Shown here piece by piece: positions 51,264 through 62,823 of a stretch of 64,000 nucleotides of DNA; within the stretch, counting starts at the first letter, position 1; the number at the start of each line of letters is the position of its first letter. Origin of the DNA: Callorhinchus milii (taxonomy: Eukaryota); NCBI RefSeq assembly GCF_018977255.1, contig NW_024704807.1, forward strand, positions 124,001 to 188,000, given 5' to 3'. The translations under genes and the position numbers were made by a program. Under the pieces are notes generated by a model. That model did no database searches. It was not told the DNA's origin and saw only the letters and a list, made by a program, of their open reading frames with translations.

Positions 51264-52044
51264 CACAGTGATGGGAACCAGTCAGAGACTCGAACAAAAA
51301 CTAACAAAGTTTAGTGGGGTTTCCGCTCCTATCTCTCTCGACCGCAGCAGCGATTTCCTGTGGGAAAGGAGACGAGATAAAGACACAAGAAGAACATCAC
51401 ATTGACAGAACATCTGACAGTCACACAAACAACACAATCATTCCACGATGTCAAAAACTCTTGCCATAACCGTGGTTGAGGTCCATAGCTGCTTCCAATT
51501 CCCGACAGGGCGAAATGTTGGGCAAATTTGCTTCATACACAAACCTCTGCTCAGCAGTAGGTAGTAACCTGATTGGCGGATTGCTTTACCACCGCTAAAA
51601 CACCCTAAAAAAAGGATAATAAATAAATTGATCACTCAATGTACGACTCTTTATGGGACACTGATGTGCGTAATTGGCTGCCGCTTTTCGCTCGCAAAAC
51701 ACACAGTAACTACAATTTATTTTTTATTCCGTGAAGCGCTTTGAAACGCCTGGATGATTTGATAAAATGCGATAGCCAAAGGAAGAATTATTATTATATT
51801 ATTATTATGATCATCCTACCAGTTAATGCTACGGCTTCCACGATTACCACGAGCTGATTGGGAGGGAACCCTATCACCAGTGACTGGTAAAGCCGCTGTA
51901 TAAAAGCAATTGGCTCCTGTATTGAAACGCGGCTAAGATGCCAATGATGTGACGTGAGACTGTGGCTCCGCCAATGCCGACAATCACTGCGGGTTATCAG
52001 CAAACTGATACCACAGACACAACCACACAGACTGAAGAGCAGCA

Positions 52045-53034
52045 ATGAGGCTGTTTGCTGTCTGTCTGGTGCTGGAAACCTTTATATCAGGTGAGGCCGT
52101 GTTGAGCTAATTCAGTGTTGCTGCCGATTGTCAGCTCCATTTCAACAACAATTGGTAGCGGAGAACGAAAGCAGAGTGATTTGAGCGCTCGCCTCGCTAA
52201 TCGAGAAGACCTGAGTTAATTCCCTAATAGGATATGCCGAAACGTTAGTCAAGTTTCCTTACTTCCCTCACACATCTCTCGTTGCCAAGCGATAAGAAGG
52301 ACACTGTTTGCTTCATCACCAGCCTGAACCTAAGGGTTAAGATTACAATCGAAATAATAATAGATTCTCCAACATTTTAGTGGATTGGCGGATTTCTTTA
52401 ATAATCCCTTAAAAAAAATTAAATAATAATTTGATAACTCATTCCACAAGTAACTGTGCGGAATCGCTGTGCGCCATTGGATGCGGCATTTCGTCGATAA
52501 AAATACACCGCCATTCATTTTACAATATATCATGTGTAGCGCTTTCAGCAGAATCAAGTATGCGATAGTCTGCTATAGCAAAATACTTTGATTATTATTA
52601 GTTCATTATTAACAAATGGCAAATGTGTAGCGCCTCTCTCATAAGGATAGCCTCCGAAGGGAATAATAATTGAGACAAATAATAAATAATATATTGTCGA
52701 GCACTTCCATTTTTATTCCAGATCTGTGTGTCGGAGACTCTCTGTGTCAGAAAGCTGCCACTGTGGTTCAGAAAGAAAGAGAAACTGTGACGTTGCAATG
52801 TACTTATTCTACGACTCAAAGTGCTCACGGTCTCTTCTGGTACAGGAATGACCAAGACAAACAACCTGAATTTATAATTCGGAGAGATACTAGGAATGAC
52901 AGTCATGTCAGTGCAACAGGATTTGGAAAGAGTTTCTATGCCAAACTGCACAAATCCATTTCTACCACCAGTTTATCCATCTCTGCGCTGGTGTTGTCTG
53001 ACAGCGCTGTGTATTACTGTGCCTTTAATCTGAC
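52045..53034 (+). CDS. TRAV: TCR alpha/delta V segment, family G, intact
   Basis: Leader 52045-52090; V exon 52722-53034 ending YYCAFNLT; RSS CACAGTG 53035-53041, 23 bp, ACAAAAAAA 53065-53073. Confidence 0.92.
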
Positions 53035-54952
53035 CACAGTGGTAGGCTTCACTGCAAGTCTCGTACAAAAAAATGCCTTCAATTTTAAACACAGCAAACT
53101 TTGTCTGTTGAAGTGTGTGCGGAACCTTGGTCAGGCCTTGAGGCCTTTCGAGGAGATGACATGTCTGTAGCCAGAATCAGAGGAAACCACATTCACTTCA
53201 CATCAACTTGTTAGCTGAACTTTCAAATCATTACCTGTCACGATAAACGTAGACAGCAATTAATGAATCAGTTAGTCATTACACATCAAGTTGCTGTTGA
53301 TTTGTTGCCGATTGCAAATATAATAAACACAAGTGTTTGTTTAAAAATACATCCACGTTTGGTCGTATTTAGCACATAATTTTAAACAATTGGTCAATTG
53401 TTCGTTGAATGATTTGGGAACACTGCTGTGCTCAATTGGCTGTTACATTTCGCCAACTACGTAAACCGTCAATTCGATATTCAGTAAATTTTGTCATTTG
53501 CCTTGACACGTCACGAAGACGTGATGAGGCGCTATATCAAATACAAAAATAATATTATTATTGCTCAGTGTGTGGGAGGCGTGGCATCACCTTCTGTGTC
53601 GTTACAATGGCTGTGAGCGGCGCCTATTATTGTAATCTGAGCCTCAGCTGATATATGTCAGATACGACAATAGATTTTTATTTCATTCAATGATTTCATT
53701 CAGGTTTTGCATCAAATATGAAGCAATGCCGAAATGTGGCATATTGGACATTAGATGGCGACAATCTACTATTGCTTTCCAACTAACCAGCACGTTAAAA
53801 GTGCATGCCAACTAAACTAACGATTTTATAAACTGCATAGTTAATTAGCATGAAGGTGCAAATTCATTTATATTTGAATTTGAGAGAACTTGGAAGAAAG
53901 AAGAATATCTGTGCTATGGATCATTATCCCGGGTCTAATAATTCATTCAAAAGAAGAAGAATAGCAATTTGATAACTTAATCCACGGCTGTTTGTGAACT
54001 TACTGTGGGAAATTGGATGACGCATTTCACCCACAAAAGAGAATCAATTCGCATTATATTCTGTGAAGCGCTTGGAGGTGTCTCGAAGGCGTGATGATAC
54101 GCTTTACCGCTCTATCACTAATGCAAGTATTACTACTACTATTAGACTGAGATCCGGTCTGCTTGTTCAGGAGGAAAGCAAAAATTGCATGGCACTGTTG
54201 GAAAAGATATTTCCAGTAACTCTTTCCTTTTCCATACAGACACGGCTGGAAAGGCTTTCAGGAGCAACAGTTCGTCCAGAATTTTTGGTGTATGATCAAA
54301 TAAAGTTCAGAACGCACCATTAATGTAATCAGCGAAGAGTGAGAATACTTTACAAGGAACCACTGACAATAAATTAAAATGTTGATACTTTTAATATAGC
54401 CGTTTCAGTCTGTCTCTCTGTTATTTTGTGGGAGACAGTAAATGAACAAAACAATCACTGTGCTTATGAATATCCAAAGCAAAACTGCCATTTCCATGTT
54501 TTCCACGTACACATGGAAATCTCAAAGACAAATTATTGGAATTGAATGTAAACTCTCTCTCTGCTTACTTAATTCTGAAGAGTATTAGGCAAGACCCAAA
54601 ACGTGGGGCCTTCAGAGTGTGCGTTGGGGAATCTGCTGTCATCTAAGTTGCTCAATGAACAAAGCGTGTTATTGATTTCGCTTTTGAAAAGCTTTCCCAC
54701 TGTTTGTCAGGCTATCACCATCCTTCCAGTTCGCACTTTGGCTTGCAGGTTTAACAGTAGGTGAGTGAGAGTATTCCCTGCCCCCAGTGACTGGTGAAAG
54801 CCGCGGTATAAAAGCAATTGGTTTTTGTATTGAAACGCGGCTGAGATGCCAATGAGGTGACGTGAGACTGTGGCTCCGCCAATGCCGACAATCACTGCGG
54901 GTTATCAGCAAACTGATGGCACAGACACAACCACACAGACTGAAGAGCAGCA

Positions 54953-55885
54953 ATGAGGCTGTTTGCTGTCTGTCTTGTGCTGGGAACCTTAATGTCAGGT
55001 GAGGCCGTATTGAGCTAATTCAGTGTTGGTGATGATGCTAAGCTCCATATAAACGACAAATGTGGAGTGAAACCTATATCTCAGTAGTTGGAGCTTCCGC
55101 CTCGCGAGAGGAGCTGGGATCGATTCCCCAGCAGGGAGAAATCTAAGGCAAATTTCGTTACTCCACAGAAACGCCTCTCTTTTCCTTGGAGGAAGCAGGA
55201 AACCGGATACTTTATAAAACTGAGCAATACACCTTCCAAGTATCAATTTCTCCATTCATCGATTTTGAGTCGTTAGGCCGATCACTTTCTCGCGGGCAAT
55301 AACCATTACTTGTCTGTAAATAATAATTTGCTAACTCGTTCCACAACTGTTCTAGTGAAACTGCTGTGCGCAATTTCGCTCAAAAAATACACAGAAATTA
55401 ACTGGATAGAACATTCTGTATAGCGCACACCGACGTCTCAACACCGTGATAATGTGCTCTATAAAATATACAGGTTATGATGTAATTATAAACAATCGTC
55501 AAATATATAACTCGTTTCCTTTCACGCCTAGATTAAATAGTACATTGTTGTGCTCTTCCTTGTTTATTACAGAATTCTGCGATGGGGACTCTGTCACTCA
55601 GAAACCTGCGACGGTGGTTAAGAAAGAAAGAGAAACGGTGATTTTACAATGCACCTATTCCACGACTGAAAGTGATTACCTTCTCCATTGGTACCGGCAT
55701 TACGCAGGCAAACAGCCAGAGTTTATAATATGGAGATATTCTGGCAGTGAACTTGAAGAAAAAGGAGTTGGATTTGGAAACCGTTTCTCTGCTCAGCTTC
55801 ACAAATCCAATTCTTCCACCAGTTTATCCATCTCTGAGCTGGTGGTGTCTGACAGCGCTGTGTATTACTGTGCCCTTAGTCTCAG
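54953..55885 (+). CDS. TRAV: TCR alpha/delta V segment, family H, intact
   Basis: Leader 54953-54998; V exon 55573-55885 ending YYCALSLS; RSS CACAGTG 55886-55892, 23 bp, ACAAAAACT 55916-55924. Confidence 0.93.
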
Positions 55886-57192
55886 CACAGTGATAGAGTG
55901 CACTGCAAGTCTCGTACAAAAACTGCCTTCACTTTGTGCATAGGGATGATCTGACTGTTGAAGTGTGTGCGGAAACTTGGTCAGGCCTTGCGGCCCTGCG
56001 GGGAGCAAACATGTCTGTAGTTTGACAAAGAGGAAACCACATTCAACTCCCATAAACTTGTCAGCTAAACGTTTACCTCATTATCTGTCACAATAAATGC
56101 AGACAGCAATTAATGAACAGTTACAGTTGCAGCTGCTATTGATTTACTTCGGTTGGCAGGTAAAATAAACACGAATACTGATTCTAATGCTTTATGAAAC
56201 GGAGCCCTATAACGAAGTGGGAACAGCATTCACCTCACAAACGAGAGGTCCCGAGTTCCATCCCGGGCCGGGTGAAAGCTTAGACAATTTTTCTCAATCC
56301 ATACACATTTCTCTATTTATCTTGCATTGAGTAAGAACCCGATTGCAAACCGATCGCTGGATTGCTTTTCCGGGTTTGTAGTATTCCCTTCAAAACATAA
56401 TGTGGGTCACTCAATCCATTTCTGTTCAGGTGGATGTTAAATATCCCAAGGAACGACTCGAAAGAATTAGCGATATCCTTGCAGATGGAAGTGAGTGTCC
56501 GGGTTGGTAGTTTTTGTGGAGGTCGGTGTGGTTGGGCGGCGGAACTATGGTAACAATGAAAGGTGGAATAGGATCTATGACATCTATTAAAATGTTTGTG
56601 TCCCCTTGGCTCATTCAATGCCCGTCTGAAGACCATCTTTCTCAACCGAGTCTTCAATGATCATCATTCCTCTACCCACCATGCTCTCACCCCTCTCCCA
56701 TCCCGCGTGCAAAACCATTCACTTTCCAGCGATTTGCGACGTCCTCCCTATGTGAAAAACGCTACCTATGGCAATTTATTGCTGTAATTGGTGTCTCAAC
56801 GATGCATTATCAAATGCAAGTCTGTGATATTTTCTCAACAAAGTTTTACCCACAACAGCTTTGACATAATTTTGGGGTCAGTTTGAAATGAATGTACAGG
56901 TAAATGAGTGTAGCGCAACACTTTTTCACGTGCAAGGATTATTATGATTCTCTGTCTCCAAACTTTTATCCACAAGAAATTTAACATCATCTTATGGTGG
57001 CTCTGATATCATTGAACATGAAAATGGGTGTAGCCCAACGCACATATTTAGCAGCTGGACAAGGTGACAGGGTAAATTTGTCAAGGAAACGCTGCTGTGG
57101 GGTCACGGATGTGATGGTGAAACCCGTCATCCTCGACAAACACTTTCTGTCATCAAACTCTGATGGTAAAGGCTTCTTAAAGAAGAGCGACA

Positions 57193-57890
57193 ATGTGGTT
57201 GCTCACCGAATGCCTTCTCCTGTTGAGCTTTATGTCAGGTGAGCCTGTGAAATCTACAGGACACGTTAACATTGATTTAGAGATTTTATTTATCTGAAGG
57301 ACGGCTCATTGTGTTTGGCAGTCCGGGCTGATCCCCCGAGCTGGGCTTGGGAGTTGAAATGTAGGAATGCAAAGTTAATGACAGTAAATCTTGTATTTGA
57401 TAAAACGCCTTAAACTAAACGAGATGTCTGTTGAGCGAAAAGCGTTTGGCAACTGCACAAGGAAACTAGTTTAAGATTCCGCCCTGTCCAGTAAGGGAAA
57501 AGATCCCAAATCCTTGCGCGGCGAGTTCACTAAGCACTGAGCTACAGGACTTGATGTTTATCTTATACCTCTCGTTGCAGATGTGGTACTGGGAGATTCA
57601 GTCAGACAGCAGACAGCGGGGCTGAGCAAACAAGAGGGAGACACAGTGAGTCTGAGCTGCTCATATACCACCAGCTCGTCCTATGCTGCTCTGAACTGGT
57701 TCAGACATCAACCAGGTCTCGCTCCCCAATACGTTCTCTACAGGGATACTGCTGGAGGAAGCAACACTGCAGATTTCGCCGCACGTCGTTTTTCTTCACA
57801 GCTTGACGAGAATCAGAGACAAACCACTTTAATAATACGCAGCGTCGTTATCACTGACGCTGCCGCATATTATTGCGGCTTAACATCAAG
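57193..57890 (+). CDS. TRAV: TCR alpha/delta V segment, family I, intact
   Basis: Leader 57193-57238; V exon 57581-57890 ending AYYCGLTSS; consensus RSS CACAGTG 57891-57897, 23 bp, ACAAAAACC 57921-57929. Confidence 0.94.
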
Positions 57891-59389
57891 CACAGTGCTG
57901 CAAAGCAATGACTTCCCTGTACAAAAACCGAGCCAACGTGGAGCCTTTTAGCTCTGTGGTTAGAGCACTTGCCTCGAAAGGGAGAGACTTGTGTTTGATT
58001 CCCACTCGGGGAAAATTGTGGGCAGGTTTCATCACTCCACCCACCTCGGTTTGCTGAGCAGTAAGAAATAACGTGTGGTTAGTCGATTGACAGTTTGTTT
58101 TTCTGGGGATAATAAACCCTTAAATTAATAATAATAAATTGGTCACTCAATCCATGACACGTTTTTGAACTTCGCCGAACTCAATTGGCTGCCACGTACC
58201 ATCCACAAAAGATATAGTGAATTCACTTTACATCATATTCTGTGATTTGTTTTGGGATGTCTGAAAGTCGTCATCAGGCGCTATATCAAATGCAAGGATT
58301 ATTATTGGCAATATTATTCCATAATGTGTTTCTGTCAGACTACCTCACTGTACATAAACTGCTGAAAATGAGACAGAGAATTTCATATGAGTACAGATAT
58401 TAGTTTTGACAGTTGACCTATTTAACAAACTTCGACATTGCTGCAGTATCTCTCACAGGAATCACGTGACTGATTTCCAAACAAAAGTGAAAAGAAAACA
58501 GTTGTTCATGTAAGTAAAGAGTGAAATAAATGAAAATAATCCTTATATTTTCTGTAGAACTTTTCTCGTCTTCGAGACGTCACAAAGTGCTTCACAAAAT
58601 ATGCTGTAAATTTTACTTACCGTGCATTTTGTGAGCTAAACATGGCAGCCGATTCCTTACAACAGTGTCACGCAAATAATAAAGGATTAATGTGACAAAA
58701 TTATTATTGAAATACCAACTGCAACGATTATTATTAGAACAACAACGTTTGAGAAAAAAAATTACAAAATCATCATTGCAGGTAATTGAGTCACTCACAA
58801 TTATCAAATGTAATTTTATGATCTATTTATTAAGCGTAGAAATAAAAGTAAAGCTTTGGTAACTGTAATTTTTTCGCTGAAAAGACATTACTTGCTAACG
58901 TCTATTATAGAGACAAACAATTAAATTTTCTCAACTGATCAACGAAGCGTAGCGCTTCTAACTTTAGAATGATAAAATAATAAAAATGATAATGATGCAA
59001 TTTTTATTTGCTTGATGGTTCCAGAAATGAAAATGAAGATAGAATCCTGTGGAATTAACCCCTATTAACGCTAGCAAGAAATGTGATTCTATCGTTGAAA
59101 GTTATGTGCACATGTTTAAATAACTTGGTATTCACTTTCGTTAACTTATTTCTACTTGATGATTAGATTTAGATACACTTTGCTCATCGTATCATAGAGT
59201 GAAACTGAGGAAAGTGTGTCGACATTCAGAGGTAAATTACAAAATATATTAGTAGTATTGTCTCACATCGATTAATATGAGGCAATAGCTAATACCATAC
59301 GTATGTACATACACACTAACGAGCCCCATGTTGCGACCCAGCATTGGATTGGATTAAATAGTTTATTAAATGAAAGACACCATTGTCAG

Positions 59390-59655
59390 TCATGAATTCA
59401 GTATCTCTGCCCCACCCTCTGGAAATCTATCCCGCAAACACTCCACCTCACCACATCTCCTGACTCTTTCAAGTCCCAGGTAAGAAATGTCCCTTCGAAC
59501 ATCCTTCATCCATACTCCCATCCAAACTCTCTTTCCCTTCACCCATCCTGACCCCAACTTCCAGGTCGTATCTAAAAAACCCTGACTCTCCAGCGTCCTG
59601 GGACGAATTTCCGTCGTGCAGGTATCTATAGAAATGTAATTTGTTGTTGTTAATG
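59390..59655 (+). mobile_element. L2-type LINE 3' end
   Basis: CCCTCTGGAAATCT...TTCAAGTCCCAGG..., ending TATAGAAATGTAATTTGTTGTTGTT, the L2-type tail. Confidence 0.55.
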
Positions 59656-61266
59656 TTGTTATTGATTCCCTTCACAACCATTTCTGCAATCTCGCTTATC
59701 ATAAATTGGCTGTCAAGCTCCCCTATGTATGCACAATCACTTCACTTCGCAGTAAGACAAAGTCACATGTATAATGTGCCTTTCTTTTCAACAACAACCG
59801 CAACAAATTGCATTTCCCTTACGCCATTCATGTTGGACTGCGACTCGGAATGTTGAATTTTAGGATAACGTCCGAAGACGACAGAGAGGTCTTACTTGAA
59901 TCCGAACTTGAGTTGAATTGAGGTGGGAGCTGTGGGGGTGGTCGTCCGTGGAGGAAAGCTGTCTTAAATGGTTGGGTTAAAGAGGATAGAGTTGAGGTGG
60001 AATGCCTTTACTTTCGTGGAATATTAATATTAATGATGTATGACTTGTCCTGCGTCCAATGGACACCCGGGTAATTCTAAAACAAAGTGCACGTTTCAAA
60101 AATAAACTGATACCAACACAAAACATACACTGTCATAAGATTGCAATGCCATTAGTTGTCACCATATAGCAATGCAATAAAACTGACTGTTATACAGTAG
60201 CTTTCTTATCAGCAGGACACCGCATTATTGCTTAGATGTGCAAATAATGTGGAGTCCTTTAGGTTAGTAGTTAGAGCAACAGTGTCCCAAGCGAGAGGGC
60301 ATGGGTTCGATTCCCGAGTGGGGAAAAATCTTTTGCAATTTTCCTTGCTTCAAAGGTGTCTTTGTTTCACTAACAGTAAGTAGGAACCCACACGATTGTC
60401 TATTGGAGGATATCTAAATACTTTTTTTATTTAAAATATAAAAGAAATTCATTGTGATTGTTTTAAAACATTAAATAAATCGTAAGTAAAATACTAATTC
60501 GGTAATTCAATCTGCGACACTTTGTGCGATACTCATGTATCCATTTGGCTGATCAATTTTTCCAACAAAATATAAAATAGTTCGACTCTACCGCATATCT
60601 CTGAATCGCTTTGGAACGTGAAAAGAATCCATAGAATACGCATCATATTCGCTGCCTTCTCATCCTCCTCCATGTCCCCCCGCAGCCCTTCATCTCTTTG
60701 TCACCGCCTCTATCCCCACGAAATATATAACACCCCAACCCATACTCCTTGACCATTATTATTCCCTCCTCCTTCTTACCCATCATCACCCATATCTCAC
60801 TATCTCACTGCTGCATTGACCGGCTTCCCCGTCCTGCTGTTGGTCATTGCAACAGAACTCACTACAAGTCAACTGTGTGTAAGTAGTTTCTTCATGTGTC
60901 TTTCCCAATTCTCAGTGAAGTCCCTCTCTACATCACACAGCCTTTGTCCCTCTCACAGTGTCAGTTTAAAGTCCCTCTCGTTGGCTTCCCCGTCAATTGT
61001 CCATTTAAACCTCAATGAGACTCGAGCAGTCATTCCCAAATCCCCTTCTCTCCCCAATGCTCTCAGGCACAGTTAGTCAGTCCCTTTCCTCATGTATCTT
61101 CTTCCACTCCACCCCCACACGTCCCCCGCCCACCACTCAAAGCCGCTGTCACCAGCTATGATGTGACGCTGTTCATCTCAAATGAACCAAGACTCCAACG
61201 CTCTTACAGAACAGCCCTGTGTTACTCACAGTCACTCTGAGGTGTCCGGGGCTGACGGTATCTCCC

Positions 61267-61986
61267 ATGGTTGAGAGAATGTCTCTCCTGTATGTCTGCA
61301 TGTGCCTCCTCTTCTTACAATGTAAGTGTGTGTTTCCATTACACAGCAATGTTGAAAGTCATCATTACAATGTGCGATATAATAATAATCCTTGCGTTGA
61401 TATAGCGCCTTATCACTTCGATGAGACGTTTCAATGCGCTTGCGGGAATACACTGTGAAGTGAGATGACAGTTTTATTTGTGGGGAAATTCAGCAGCGAA
61501 TTGGTATCATTAATATTATGACAACTATGTTATACGTTAAAATTATTCGTCTCAATTAACACAATAATGGTATTGTATGTCGTGATAATATTATATTAAT
61601 TGGTGTCAATCAAAATCAAGCCAAGGCTCGGGATAAAATTTCCGTAGCAGTTGACCTTGCTGAAGACTTCTTAAACTAATGTTATGTTGTGTATAATTTT
61701 CAGATGCTTTCAGTGCCTCAGTAAAGCAGACGCCATCCGCTATTAGGAGACAAGAATGCGAGTCTTTGACCATCAACTGTGTCTTCGAAGCAGAGTCTTA
61801 TGAAACTTTCAGTAAGATGCAATTTTATAGAAAATTTCAGAACGAAAGAGACTGGAAGCGGATCCCTCTTGAAGCACGCTTTGTTGTAAAGACAGACAAG
61901 GAATCGATGTCGTCTTCACTGGAAATTAATGCTTTGCAAGTTCAAGACAGCGCTGACTATAAATGTACAGCTCGGTACTGGGATAC
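61267..61986 (+). CDS. NTCRV: VNAR-like variable segment of a NAR-TCR cassette
   Basis: Leader 61267 (or 61279)-61321; V exon 61704-61986: ASVKQTPSAIRRQECESLTINCVFEAESYETFSKMQFYRKFQNERDWKRIPLEARFVVKTDKESMSSSLEINALQVQDSADYKCTARYWDT. It has the ESLTINCV and YKC motifs, only 61 aa between the canonical Cys residues, and no CDR2. Confidence 0.9.
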
Positions 61987-62024
61987 CACAGTGCTGTATC
62001 TGGCCTTCTTTTAATACAAGAAGC
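61987..62024 (+). other. RSS of the NAR-type V, 22-bp spacer
   Basis: CACAGTG 61987-61993, 22 nt, ACAAGAAGC 62016-62024. Confidence 0.8.
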
Positions 62025-62349
62025 CCCGTCACTAACTCAAAGGATAAACAGAGAGTCTGTGAACTTCCAATAAATTCAAAGCACATTCATCATTTGTGTT
62101 TGATGCACAATGATGTTTAATAACACTTCTTTTAGGAAACAACAATTACTTATGGATACGTCGGAAAAGAATGTCGGTATGTATGCACATTGGAAATCTT
62201 CTAGGATTCACATAACTAATTAATTATTCCACGAGACACGCGGCATATCAATGTCCAACTATCACAATATTTAAAAGATTGTTAAATGTTGTATCATTGA
62301 TTGACCATTTGTGAACGGCTGACACATTTCAACAGTATTTCAAACCATT

Positions 62350-62421
62350 GGTTTTTGGATTTACAATAAACACTGTGTTGGGATTGGGACGATCACATTG
62401 GCAACCATCAGCACAAATACT
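62350..62421 (+). other. NTCRD: NAR-TCR D segment with 12/12 RSSs (coding 62378-62393)
   Basis: GGTTTTTGG 62350-62358, 12 bp, CACTGTG 62371-62377, then TTGGGATTGGGACGAT, then CACATTG 62394-62400, 12 bp, ACAAATACT 62413-62421. Confidence 0.88.
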
Positions 62422-62737
62422 GCGCAACTATTTTCTTGGAAACACATGAGACTTGATCACTGACAACCGTATACTATTTAATGTTCCTGAATGTGTCGAC
62501 ACTTTGCTTTCAAAATTACTTATTTCAAACGGACATTTCTGGATTTATTTGTAGAGAGGTGTTCTTTGTGCCGTACACTTTGTCTCTGTTTGGGAGGAAA
62601 TAATATTGAAAATAAACATGTTTTATACAAAAGAATAGTACGAAGATGGAACCACTGGTGAATCGGTAAGGATTAATGGCCAATTTGTCAGTGTTTGTTT
62701 GCGTTAGTGACAGTGTTAAACAGTGATCTGACAGAAC

Positions 62738-62823
62738 AGTTTTTGCGCCTCAGAGAATGAGTGTTGTGTGACTGTGGTTCTTTAACGAAGACGGATCAGG
62801 AACCAAAGTAATTGTAACAAAAA
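62738..62823 (+). other. NTCRJ: NAR-TCR J segment with 23-bp RSS (coding 62777-62823)
   Basis: AGTTTTTGC 62738-62746, 23 bp, GACTGTG 62770-62776; translates FFNEDGSGTKVIVTK; phase-1 donor GTGAGT at 62824. Confidence 0.88.

Larger units (their letters stand above)
46642..55885 (+). repeat. Direct tandem duplication, period ~4.62 kb
   Basis: Heptamers at 46642, 51264 and 55886 are each 4622 bp apart; G and H leaders and exons repeat at ~4.6 kb offsets. Confidence 0.85.

Noticed and set aside
62092-62112. Possible extra D (ATTTGTG-TTTGATG-CACAATG) between the NAR V and D
   Set aside because: No acceptable nonamer at 12 or 23 bp on either side.
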